In this document: positions 29,334-38,306 of the stretch, one piece after another | Layout of the letters: each line of letters opens with the position of its first letter | Position numbering within the stretch: position 1 is the first letter of the stretch | Source: Acidobacteriota bacterium | GTDB taxonomy: Bacteria; Bacillota; Syntrophomonadia; Syntrophomonadales; DTU052 | Direction: 5' to 3' | NCBI GenBank assembly: GCA_050259595.1 | Contig: JBLNAX010000096.1 | Location: forward strand, 2,734 to 66,733 | Length of the DNA stretch: 64,000 nucleotides | The notes under the pieces: generated by a model | The model's input: only the letters and a program-made list of their open reading frames with translations | Database searches by the model: none | Told to the model about the DNA's origin: nothing | Translations under genes and position numbers: made by a program

Positions 29334-30443
29334 ATGGAAAGATTTACGATCGTTTACCGGCTGGCAGGAACCGAAGCTGAAGCTTACAGCCGGGCTCATG
29401 ATATATGCCTGGAGCAGACTGTGGAATTTCCGGGCGAGCTCATTCCGCCCGGTTTTATTCGCGATAATGTTTTAGGTCAAATCGAAGAATTCGTGCCCAA
29501 TGGCACGGAGAGTTATCAGGCGACCATCAGCTTCGCCATTGATATAGACGCAGGTGAACTGACTCAACTATTGAATGTCATGTTTGGCAATATCAGCTTA
29601 AAACCCGGTTATCGGGTGGAAGAGATATGTCTTGCGGAATCAATGCTGAAAATGTTTAAAGGTCCGAGATTTGGGCGCGCCGGGTTGCGCAGTTTGTTAA
29701 ATGTGCCCCAACGCCCCCTGCTGGCTACCGCACTTAAACCGATGGGACTAAGCAGCAGAGAGCTGGCTGATCTGGCCTACAAGTTCGCTCTGGGTGGCAT
29801 CGATATCATCAAAGACGATCATGGCCTGACAGACCAAAACTATGCTCCTTTTAAGGAGCGGGTCCGTCTGTGCGCGGAAGCTGTATATAAGGCAAATCGC
29901 GAAACAGGACAAAAATGCATTTATGTCGCAAATATAACCGCTCCATATGGTGAAATCATGACTCGAGCTCAGTATGCCAGGGATCATGGAACTGGTGGAC
30001 TTATGCTGGCTCCTGGTTTAGTTGGTTTTGATACTATGAGGACTCTAGCCGATGATGATGCCATCGCTCTGCCGGTGATATGCCACCCGGCACTCTTGGG
30101 CAGTTATGTGTTGAGCCCTGACTTTGGGATATCTCGTTATGCCTTGTTTGGACAGATAGTGCGTCTGGCCGGTGCTGATAGCACCATTTATCCTAATTTT
30201 GGCGGGCGCTTTTCGTTCAGTCGTGACGAGTGCAATCGCATCGTGGACGGGACAAAGGCGCCGATGAGCGAAGTTAAGCCGATTTTCCCGTGCCCCGGAG
30301 GCGGCATGAGTGTCAGTAGTGTACCGGAAATGCGAATGGTTTATGGTGAAGATGTAATCTTTCTGATCGGCGGTAACTTGTTCAAGCAGGGGCCGGACAT
30401 CGTTGAGAACTGCCGCCATTTTCGCAGTTTGGTGGATAGATAA
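29334..30443 (+). CDS. RuBisCO-like protein (form IV, KDDH / deep-YkrW-like)
   Basis: CLEQTVE, FGNIS, GPRFG, ALKPMGLS, GGIDIIKDDHGL, HPA, PCPGGGM, LIGG; ATG directly follows the upstream TAG. Confidence 0.93.
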   Translation: MERFTIVYRLAGTEAEAYSRAHDICLEQTVEFPGELIPPGFIRDNVLGQIEEFVPNGTESYQATISFAIDIDAGELTQLLNVMFGNISLKPGYRVEEICLAESMLKMFKGPRFGRAGLRSLLNVPQRPLLATALKPMGLSSRELADLAYKFALGGIDIIKDDHGLTDQNYAPFKERVRLCAEAVYKANRETGQKCIYVANITAPYGEIMTRAQYARDHGTGGLMLAPGLVGFDTMRTLADDDAIALPVICHPALLGSYVLSPDFGISRYALFGQIVRLAGADSTIYPNFGGRFSFSRDECNRIVDGTKAPMSEVKPIFPCPGGGMSVSSVPEMRMVYGEDVIFLIGGNLFKQGPDIVENCRHFRSLVDR

Positions 30444-30481
30444 CAGGCCAACATTTATTAGGTCGCACTAACTCTCCTACT

Positions 30482-31282
30482 CTATTTCAGCTCAACCACA
30501 AGAATCCGCTGAGACTTTGGCATTCTCGCCATATTGATAGCGGTCGGAGGGTAGGCTCCTGTTTTACCCCGAGTGCTCGAGAGTGCCTGCTCCTCTATAA
30601 GTCTTATCCCGGTCCCCCATCCCTCGATTTTCCGAGTATCATCCAGCCACCATCGGACAACAGCTCCTGTTTTGCGTATAGAATAATCAAGCTGACTGTC
30701 ACGGGCGGTGATTGAGCCGAAGCAGTCGAATACTACTTGGCAGCCAGGGAAGGCTGTCTTTAGCCCCAATAATAGGGCTTTCACTTCATCTTCGCGCAAA
30801 TACATAAACAGCCCTTCGGCTAGAACTAATACTGGTCCGGTGCGTTTCCGTATTTTGTTGATCCAAGTTAAATCGGTTACGGATGAAGGTATCATGTGAT
30901 AGCGGGTAGTTTCTCTATAGAACTCTTTTCGTAGATGAATAACATCAGGGAAGTCAAGGTCATACCAAGTGACCTTGTTATTGTTGAGCCTGTAGTACCG
31001 GCTGTCCAGGCCGCAGCCCAAATAGATCACAGTGCTCCGTGGATTATCCTGTATGAATTTATGGGCATAATCGTCGAATAAGCAGGCTCTGCGGCATATG
31101 GAAGTACAGTTTTGCTGGGTGATGCCGAGCTGCATAAATTCATAGTCAAGCCTATCAAGGATCTCCAGAGCCTTCAAGTCCATGATCAAAGGATCCTTTT
31201 TGCGAGTCTCCAGGGCTCTGCAGTATAGGGGAACCAGGAGGGTTTCCTTTTCCTTGCGCAGCTGGATTTTAACTCTATTCAT
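30482..31282 (-). CDS. Class I SAM-dependent methyltransferase (LCM/TcmP-like)
   Basis: TLLVPLYCRA, LGCGLDSR, WYDLDFPDVI, LAEGLFMYL. Confidence 0.9.
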   Translation of the reverse strand: MNRVKIQLRKEKETLLVPLYCRALETRKKDPLIMDLKALEILDRLDYEFMQLGITQQNCTSICRRACLFDDYAHKFIQDNPRSTVIYLGCGLDSRYYRLNNNKVTWYDLDFPDVIHLRKEFYRETTRYHMIPSSVTDLTWINKIRKRTGPVLVLAEGLFMYLREDEVKALLLGLKTAFPGCQVVFDCFGSITARDSQLDYSIRKTGAVVRWWLDDTRKIEGWGTGIRLIEEQALSSTRGKTGAYPPTAINMARMPKSQRILVVELK

Positions 31283-31402
31283 TAAACGGGGCCTCCTTTA
31301 CTTGGCGTCTAACCACTTGCTGCCATTATATGGACCAATTGTGACGACGGTTAACAAACATAGTTGATTGAACGGTGTTATATTTTACATTCACTAAATT
31401 TG

Positions 31403-31430
31403 GAAGGATAAAAAGAACCAGTTGTCGAAA
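31403..31430 (+). promoter_or_regulatory. SigH-like promoter of the chemoreceptor gene
   Basis: GAAGGATAA...GTCGAAA; 18 nt between AGGA and GAAA. Confidence 0.5.
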
Positions 31431-31526
31431 ATCATCAGCAAATAAGCGTTTATGCAATACACTTCTTTATTTGTTTCAGTGATTCAAACAATTGTATTTA
31501 ATAATGATTACCGGAAGGTGAGATTG

Positions 31527-34148
31527 ATGGCTGATCGTGATAAACAACTGGCCAAGATGTTTCGGCCTTATTTAGCGTTTACACTCGTTTATCCTGCTAT
31601 ATGTGATGCTTTTGTTGGTGTGTTATTTTGTCTGTGGACGGGTGTAGATAAAGCAGCATATTGGATCGCGTGTATTGCTGTGACTGGTGCGGGCGGCTTC
31701 CTCATCTCTGCATTTATGGTTCAAACGACCATGAAAACATTTCTAAACCCCATAATGTCTATGATCAAGAGCATTGATAAGATGGCTCATGGCGACCTTA
31801 GAATGGAGCAGGGGGCGAAGCGGTTTGGCTTTCTTAATATGATGAAGAACGCCATTGATAACATGGGTTACTCGGTCCAGCGGCTGGTTTCAATGGTGGT
31901 AGGGATCGGAGGGACCCTGGATACACTGGCTATAAATATGGATTCCAGAGTCAGAACAACCCAGGGTGTTGTAACCGACGCGGCTTCAGCTATTTCTCAG
32001 GTTTCCCGGGTTTGTGATGAACAATCGACAGCGGTGGAAACCATCGCTGTAAAAAGTAAGGATATAAGTGATACAGCCCAGCGCATTGCAGGGAATACCC
32101 GTCAGCTGACAGCGATTCTGAAGGAAGCCAGTGATGCCATTTTTAAGAGTTCGGCAGATGTTGACGAACAGAAGGAGCGTATGAAGGCGACGAGGATCAC
32201 AGTAGAACGGATCAATACAGTAATTACTGATTTAGCCTCCAAATCGCAGGAAATAGGCAGTATTACGGAGGTTATTTCCGACATTGCAACTCAGACTAAT
32301 CTGCTGGCCCTCAATGCATCTATAGAAGCCGCCCGTACCGGAGAGCGCGGCAGGGGTTTCCAGGTGGTAGCCCAGCAAGTCAGGCGATTGGCGGAGGAAT
32401 CCTCCAAAGCCGCAGTAGAGACCAGAAACATTATTGTTGGTATCCGTGACAGCGTGGGCCATGTGGAAAACCAAGCCCATGTGGCTGCGGAAGCCGTTAA
32501 GAGTCAGGAAAATGCCATTGAAGACAACCGTTCAGTGATAACAGAAGTTATGAATAACACAGAACATATTGTTGAAGAGATGAATGTTCTGAGCCAGGAG
32601 ATCTTGGGGTTGGCCGATTCCATAAGCTATGTCAGTACTCTGGCCAATGGCATCAAAGAAATCACCCATGATACTGCGGATGAAGCCCATCAGATACTGG
32701 CAAAAGCCAACGAGCAGATCGAACTGATGATGAACTTGCAGCAGGTATCAGCCCGATTGCGGAAAATGGCTGCTGACTTAAAAGCCCAAAGTGCTCATTT
32801 TATTGTGCCGGATACCGTTAAGAAAGAAGAAAATCGCGAGATCGTACTGGTCAGTGATGAAAAATTGCAGCGGGTCAGCCGTAAATACATTCTTAACTCT
32901 ATTAAAATGGCTACACTTATCGCATTGGTGGTTTTTACCCCGTTCATCGTCTGGTCAGGGGGGTCTATGACTGCTGATCGCTATATTGAGGGATTTATTA
33001 AAGCGGCGGTTTTGGTCCTTGTGTTTGGGCCACTCGTCACCTGGAGCACCACCTATATAAATAAGATCAAGTTTATCATGCCTACTGGTATGTTGATCAA
33101 GCAGGCAGCGGAAGTGGCCGCAGGAGACCTGGCCAATGGGATTCCGGCCAACCATCCCAGGGGTCATCTTAGCTTGATGCGCGATGTATTTGATGAGATG
33201 ATATTTCAATTACGCCAAGCAACCAATAATGTTCGCGAGGTATGCAGCGAAATAAACATACAGGCCCAGCAAGCGGTATCTATGGCGCAGGATAATTCCC
33301 AATGTGCCGGCGAAGTGTCGGGTACTCTCGACAAGATGGCACACGGTGCATCACAGCTGGCAATAGAAGTGGTGGAGGCTGCCGACCATGTAAAGCAGGC
33401 ATTTGCCGCACTTACTGATATTGTCGTCAGGGCTAATACACTAGCCGAGTTTTCGTCCGCCACAGAGACAGTTATTGTTAGAGGGGTCGAGAACGCGGAA
33501 CAGCAGAGACAGCGAGTGTCGGAAAACTTAGGCCTAGCTAATAGGATCTATGAAGTGGTCAGTGATCTCGAACGGAGGTCGAGTTCGATAGGGCAGGTGG
33601 TCGACGTAATAACCACTATCGCCAGCGAAACCAACCTGCTGGCTTTGAACGCCGCTATTGAGGCGGCCCGGGCTGGTGAGGAAGGTCGCGGCTTTGCAGT
33701 TGTGGCTGGCGAAGTTAAGGAACTGGCGGAAGAGACCCTGCAAGCGGCGCAAAGGATATATGCTCTCATTGGAGATATTCAGGCCGGAACTGTCAAGGTC
33801 GTATCCGATATGGACGAAGCCCGGACGGCTCTCGATACCCAGGTTCAGGCGGTGTTCTTCAGTGAACAGGTTCTAAACCAGGTTAAAGACCAATTGCTGC
33901 CTATCAATAAGGAGACACGGGAAATACTTGACGAGTGTCGGGTAATACAAGGGGACACCCGCGAAATATCAATAGATATCGAGAATATAGCAGCCTCCAG
34001 TCAGAAGACGGTTGCTGCCGCTGAGGAAGTCTTAGCTTCTTGTGAAAGCCAGCAGCAGTCTATGGAGTCCCTGGCCGGACAGGTCTCTGAATTTGGGGCC
34101 TTTACGGCCAAGCTATATAAACGTTTAGCGACGATCAAGACTGCATAA
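31527..34148 (+). CDS. Methyl-accepting chemotaxis protein with tandem (2TM-HAMP-signalling domain) x2 architecture
   Basis: Two hairpin tips, [22 protein letters not shown] and [22 protein letters not shown], each preceded by two TM helices and a GDL HAMP motif. Confidence 0.92.
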   Translation: MADRDKQLAKMFRPYLAFTLVYPAICDAFVGVLFCLWTGVDKAAYWIACIAVTGAGGFLISAFMVQTTMKTFLNPIMSMIKSIDKMAHGDLRMEQGAKRFGFLNMMKNAIDNMGYSVQRLVSMVVGIGGTLDTLAINMDSRVRTTQGVVTDAASAISQVSRVCDEQSTAVETIAVKSKDISDTAQRIAGNTRQLTAILKEASDAIFKSSADVDEQKERMKATRITVERINTVITDLASKSQEIGSITEVISDIATQTNLLALNASIEAARTGERGRGFQVVAQQVRRLAEESSKAAVETRNIIVGIRDSVGHVENQAHVAAEAVKSQENAIEDNRSVITEVMNNTEHIVEEMNVLSQEILGLADSISYVSTLANGIKEITHDTADEAHQILAKANEQIELMMNLQQVSARLRKMAADLKAQSAHFIVPDTVKKEENREIVLVSDEKLQRVSRKYILNSIKMATLIALVVFTPFIVWSGGSMTADRYIEGFIKAAVLVLVFGPLVTWSTTYINKIKFIMPTGMLIKQAAEVAAGDLANGIPANHPRGHLSLMRDVFDEMIFQLRQATNNVREVCSEINIQAQQAVSMAQDNSQCAGEVSGTLDKMAHGASQLAIEVVEAADHVKQAFAALTDIVVRANTLAEFSSATETVIVRGVENAEQQRQRVSENLGLANRIYEVVSDLERRSSSIGQVVDVITTIASETNLLALNAAIEAARAGEEGRGFAVVAGEVKELAEETLQAAQRIYALIGDIQAGTVKVVSDMDEARTALDTQVQAVFFSEQVLNQVKDQLLPINKETREILDECRVIQGDTREISIDIENIAASSQKTVAAAEEVLASCESQQQSMESLAGQVSEFGAFTAKLYKRLATIKTA

Positions 34149-34232
34149 GGATACAGTTGCATATTTGCCTTGATAAAATAAAAAAGGCAATGGCCCTCGG
34201 CATTTGAGAACCACTGCCCGTTTCGGGAATAT

Positions 34233-35237
34233 TTATATAGTTGGAGTTGTAGTTGTTACGGTATTCGACTGTGCTTTGCCCAGGTCATTGATTGCCCATA
34301 TTTCATATGTATAAGTTGTTCCAGGTGCTGCTGTGTCATCTGCAAAGGAAGTTGTGTCAGCTGCCAGATCCCAGGTGGTCTTATGTCCTTCTGAGTCGCC
34401 ACGATACAATCTGAACTTCGTCTCATTAGTTGAATTGTCTACCCAGGATAAACAAATTTCGGTACTTGTGACTGATGTGGCGGTCAGATTACTAGGTGCC
34501 ATTGGTGGGGTATCTGTAGATATGGTTACAGTAATTGGATCTGTCATTGGTGAATCACCCCAGCAGTTGCGAGCAAACATGCGATAGGTGTATGTATGGC
34601 CAGGTACTACATCAAAATCGCTGGCGTCCCAGTGCAATGCTGACACCGGATACATACACTCGTGCCAGGAATCATCAGGACCATCTTTTCTTAGAATATG
34701 AAACGATTCTGCATCCATTTTACCCTGCGCCCAACCAATACTTGTGTGCAGATAATCTCCACAGGCAACAAAGTCCATTGGCATGTCAGGCACTTTATCC
34801 TCATACATGGCCGGTTTTTCGCCAGAGTAATAAGTATAAACAGATGGTGTGACATCTTTGCGGACGCCCCTCACGCGGTAATAGTATGTAATATTAGGTA
34901 CTGCATACGCATCAGTATAGCTCGTAGCTCCAACACCTGTGGTGCCGATCCTGGTATAATAGGTTTCGCCTTCTTTACGGCGTTCGATTTCGAAACATCT
35001 CTGAACATCGGAACTAATATACCAGTAGATAACAATTTTGCGGTTATACAATACTTGGATCTGGCTTAGGGTAGGACTCGGATCAAATCTGGTAAACTCT
35101 ATGCTTGGGCCGGGCTTCATAGTGACTGTCTGAATAGGCTGCAGTGTTATTGCCGCTGGGGTTGGCTGTACCGCCATTGCCACCAGAAGCATGGTGGCGA
35201 CCAATGTGTTGAAGATCTTCGCTGAGAGATTTTTCAT
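34233..35237 (-). CDS. Secreted fibronectin type III repeat protein
   Basis: Signal peptide; three FN3 domains (YYYRVRG, PGHTYTYRMFARN, APSNLTA...WVDNSTNE...PGTTYTYEI). Confidence 0.88.
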   Translation of the reverse strand: MKNLSAKIFNTLVATMLLVAMAVQPTPAAITLQPIQTVTMKPGPSIEFTRFDPSPTLSQIQVLYNRKIVIYWYISSDVQRCFEIERRKEGETYYTRIGTTGVGATSYTDAYAVPNITYYYRVRGVRKDVTPSVYTYYSGEKPAMYEDKVPDMPMDFVACGDYLHTSIGWAQGKMDAESFHILRKDGPDDSWHECMYPVSALHWDASDFDVVPGHTYTYRMFARNCWGDSPMTDPITVTISTDTPPMAPSNLTATSVTSTEICLSWVDNSTNETKFRLYRGDSEGHKTTWDLAADTTSFADDTAAPGTTYTYEIWAINDLGKAQSNTVTTTTPTI

Positions 35238-35292
35238 TTTAGTTCTCCTTTCTAATCGGGCAACATCGCCCTCCCGTTATCCCATTGGTGTT

Positions 35293-35336
35293 AGTCTATC
35301 ATTGGTTGAATTGGCATTTCTGTGACCGCGATCACA
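35293..35336 (-). promoter_or_regulatory. Crp/Fnr-type site with extended -10 box (class II promoter)
   Basis: TGTGA-CCGCGA-TCACA at 35321-35336; TGaTAGACT on the minus strand, hexamer at 35293-35298. Confidence 0.65.
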
Positions 35337-35481
35337 AAAACAGGAAATATTTATTGGCGTCTTCCAGCTCAAAAGCAAAACAACAGTTGAGACAGTTATT
35401 AGAAGGGTTTATAGTAATAGTAACTGAACCTTATTCGGTTGATCATTCTTTGCGGGTGCATGAGGGGCGGGTAATCTAGCT

Positions 35482-36297
35482 ATGTATGCGGACAGTTCGA
35501 AAAAAAGCAGGCGTGAAAAGTGGCATGAGGACCCCCAGCCGGCCAACAAGATCAAGGCGATCATTGCTTTGAAAAATGCATTTCTGCCTACGCTGGATGA
35601 TATTCTAGCTGATTACAGAAATCGCTTCGATTTGGATATCGACCCTCGCAATATTGAAATCCACACTGGAAGGTTCTCATTTGAAATAGGCATGGAAAGG
35701 TACACTATCTATCTAATGCCGGTTGCTATCCCTTGGTTGTCGTTAGAGGGGCCCTGCGCTCTGGCCTGGTATTGGCCTAAAGCCACCATTTCTATGCAGT
35801 CACACACCGCACATTTGTTGATAACTACTGAGACAACTGTTGATACATCCACCGATGCTCTGGCCCGGGTGATGACCCTGACCAGAATGAGCGCCGCCGC
35901 CGCTGCCAAAAGTGATTCGGTCGGCGTATACTGGGATGCGGGAGGGGTTATTCAGGAAGCCCAGGAATTCATATTCTCCGCTGAGGAAATGAGCAAAGAT
36001 GAGCTTCCATTGAACCTCTGGATAGATTTTAGGATAGAGGATGCCCCTGGAGAAAGATTCAAGCTGTTCACGACTGGTATGAGAGTTTTCGGTCATCGCG
36101 AGATCGAGGTTAGACCTGCCCGGATCAATCCTGACGAGATATTGAGTACAGTGTTTAATGTGGCTTGCTATCTCCTGCTAAACGGACCGGTAATCAAGGA
36201 CGGCAATACTATCGGTGCCACCGATGAGGATAGAATGCTGGTTCAGTATGGACCTTCCATGTTTGAACGGGAGCAGGTAATGATCCTCAGAATGTGA
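35482..36297 (+). CDS. DUF4261-like domain protein
   Basis: HTAHLLI, LPLNLWI, FTTGMRVFGHREIE, YLLLNGPVIKDGNTIG. Confidence 0.75.
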   Translation: MYADSSKKSRREKWHEDPQPANKIKAIIALKNAFLPTLDDILADYRNRFDLDIDPRNIEIHTGRFSFEIGMERYTIYLMPVAIPWLSLEGPCALAWYWPKATISMQSHTAHLLITTETTVDTSTDALARVMTLTRMSAAAAAKSDSVGVYWDAGGVIQEAQEFIFSAEEMSKDELPLNLWIDFRIEDAPGERFKLFTTGMRVFGHREIEVRPARINPDEILSTVFNVACYLLLNGPVIKDGNTIGATDEDRMLVQYGPSMFEREQVMILRM

Positions 36298-36369
36298 TCA
36301 TATGACGACCTATCTTATTTCATTTCATACATATCAGTTCCACAACAAATAGGCGATTCATTTTGTACA

Positions 36370-36466
36370 AGAAAGCAAAGAAGGGCTTTGCGCCCTCCTA
36401 AGCTTGGGTATTGTGTTGGGAAGTAGGGTAACAATTTTATGTTGAGGGTTATCTGTTGTACAATCC
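36370..36466 (-). ncRNA. Candidate small RNA 2
   Basis: TACAAT (minus, 36473-36478) upstream; C-rich single-stranded body; AGGGC-GCAAA-GCCCT hairpin plus U-tail. Confidence 0.3.
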
Positions 36467-36636
36467 TCATTTATTGTAACTTACCGGATGTGACTGATTT
36501 TTTAGACAATATCCAAAAATGTCGACAACAAACGACCCGGGGGGACGTATGTGTCCCGGAATATCAAGTAATCAGATTTTATAGATGTGCACAAGCCAAA
36601 TCTTCCCATAATATCGAGTGTTTGTGAAGGCAGCAC

Positions 36637-36715
36637 AAAAACAAGCGGGCAGATCTTGTGATCTGCCCGCTGCCGCTCCTTGGGATAGTTGTTTTTTTAA
36701 TTTATTGTTTCAACT
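36637..36715 (-). ncRNA. Candidate Crp/Fnr-activated small RNA 1 (about 80 nt)
   Basis: Class II promoter directly upstream; 11-bp terminator stem AGCGGGCAGAT/ATCTGCCCGCT plus U-tail; no translatable ORF in between. Confidence 0.5.
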
Positions 36716-36721
36716 GTTTAA

Positions 36722-36787
36722 ATCATATAGTTTATGACACTTGATTTCTGTGAGCTTCATCACAAAATCAATGTGAGCTTGGATACA
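36722..36787 (-). promoter_or_regulatory. Crp/Fnr-type site with -10 box, plus a second weaker site
   Basis: TGTGA-GCTTCA-TCACA at 36749-36764; TATGAT on the minus strand at 36722-36727; second site TGTGA-GCTTGG-ATACA at 36772-36787. Confidence 0.65.
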
Positions 36788-36892
36788 TAGTATGCTCTTT
36801 TCAAAACCATACCTGTTTACTGCAGGACAATAACAGCCTGCTGACGAACATGGCATATAATTACAAATCGACATAGAGTTAGGGGGATCATT

Positions 36893-38158
36893 GTGCGGCG
36901 ACTATGGGTGGTTCTCATTGCAGTATTATTGTTAAGCGGCTGCGCAGGTCCGGCAGCAAACCAGGGGGGCCAGCAAAACACAGGTGATTGGCAGAGATCT
37001 TATGCGGGGGCCAGTGGTTGGAGAATTGGCTATAGTGTAACTGAAACCAGCAGCAGTAATTTCGTTATTGCAGGAAAACAGATCAATGCCAGTAATGACA
37101 GTGCGACAAATAGCATCTTTATGACCAATGCCGATGCCAATGGCCGGGCACAATGGGCTATCAATTCTTTAAAAGATGATAAAGGTGTTTCTGAGTATGC
37201 TTTTTATGTTGCTGCCAGCAATGATGGAGGAATCAACTTTTTATCTAGAAAACAAGGTAATGGAACAACCACTGCAGAAACCACAGCCTGTTTCATGGAT
37301 CAACAGCACAGTATGAAGTTTAATGAGGTCCTTGATGCCAAACGGGTGTTGAATGAATTCAGCCGCATACAGAGTTTGAACGATGGGGGATATCTGGCTG
37401 TTGCTTTTGATTCAGGCGGTATAATGAACAATGATGGTGGACAGCCCATACTTACCATGGATCAAGCATACCTGGTCAACTACGACAGCCGATGGAACAA
37501 GATATGGGAAGTGCCACTTGCCAAATCAGCTTCCAACTCGGCAAATTATCGAGTTTCTTCACTAGTCCAGACCCGAGATAAAGGATATCTGCTGCTGGCG
37601 TCAGCGGTTGAAGAAATGATCGATGTGCCAGCCAGCTTAGTGATGAAATACGATAATAAAGGAGCCTGTTTGTGGAGCCGGGCGGCTGAAAAGGCCAAGG
37701 ATATTGTGCCAGCAACCGATAACAACGGTTTTGTTTTGTTAGGTTCGGGGATCAATGATACTACAGACGAGCAGGTGATGCAGGTGAGCAGCTTTGACAA
37801 CATGGGCAAAAAACAGTGGTGCAGGACTTTTCCAGGCGTTACAAATGGATTTAGGATCATCGCCGGCAAAAGTGGAGGATACATCATCACGGGAACCACT
37901 GCAGTATCATCTGGAACAGATATATACGCGGTTATACTGGATTCATTGGGGAATAGATTGTGGGATAAAAAGAGTCAGGTCAGTAAGGTTGGATGTCCGT
38001 TTCAGATAATACAGACCCGGGCTGGTGCTATAGTGATAGCAGCCAATCAGGGGAAAGTGAGTACGGGCAGCAATCTATGGGACACAGAAACTGAAGGTGA
38101 TGTAGTGTTGATCAAGTTTGAACTGCCCGGTTCACCTAAACCAGCGGATCTTATATAG
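36893..38158 (+). CDS. Lipoprotein with probable beta-propeller repeats
   Basis: Lipobox LLSGC; repeats such as DGGYL/DKGYL...KYDNKG..LW. Confidence 0.8.
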   Translation: MRRLWVVLIAVLLLSGCAGPAANQGGQQNTGDWQRSYAGASGWRIGYSVTETSSSNFVIAGKQINASNDSATNSIFMTNADANGRAQWAINSLKDDKGVSEYAFYVAASNDGGINFLSRKQGNGTTTAETTACFMDQQHSMKFNEVLDAKRVLNEFSRIQSLNDGGYLAVAFDSGGIMNNDGGQPILTMDQAYLVNYDSRWNKIWEVPLAKSASNSANYRVSSLVQTRDKGYLLLASAVEEMIDVPASLVMKYDNKGACLWSRAAEKAKDIVPATDNNGFVLLGSGINDTTDEQVMQVSSFDNMGKKQWCRTFPGVTNGFRIIAGKSGGYIITGTTAVSSGTDIYAVILDSLGNRLWDKKSQVSKVGCPFQIIQTRAGAIVIAANQGKVSTGSNLWDTETEGDVVLIKFELPGSPKPADLI

Positions 38159-38243
38159 ATAATTATTGAATGGTTCTGTTTAACTATCGCTTTGAGTATA
38201 ATTGGGTGATCGTTTAAGTGTAGCTAAGTGTCGTAATTTAACG

Positions 38244-38271
38244 GCAGGTTTTTCCTTTATATATGTCGAAA
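38244..38271 (+). promoter_or_regulatory. SigH-like promoter
   Basis: GCAGGTTTT...GTCGAAA, 18-nt spacing. Confidence 0.45.
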
Positions 38272-38306
38272 CGGTCTCTTAGTGTTTGTTTAGGGAGGCA
38301 TAAATA

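Noticed and set aside
29334-30443. Bona fide CO2-fixing RuBisCO / Calvin cycle
   Set aside because: KDDH instead of KDDE, short length (369 aa), and no small subunit or phosphoribulokinase; it is a form IV RLP.
36623-36637. TGTGAAGGCAGCACA as a fifth Crp site
   Set aside because: The spacer is one base short and there is no matching -10 box or TTTC flank.
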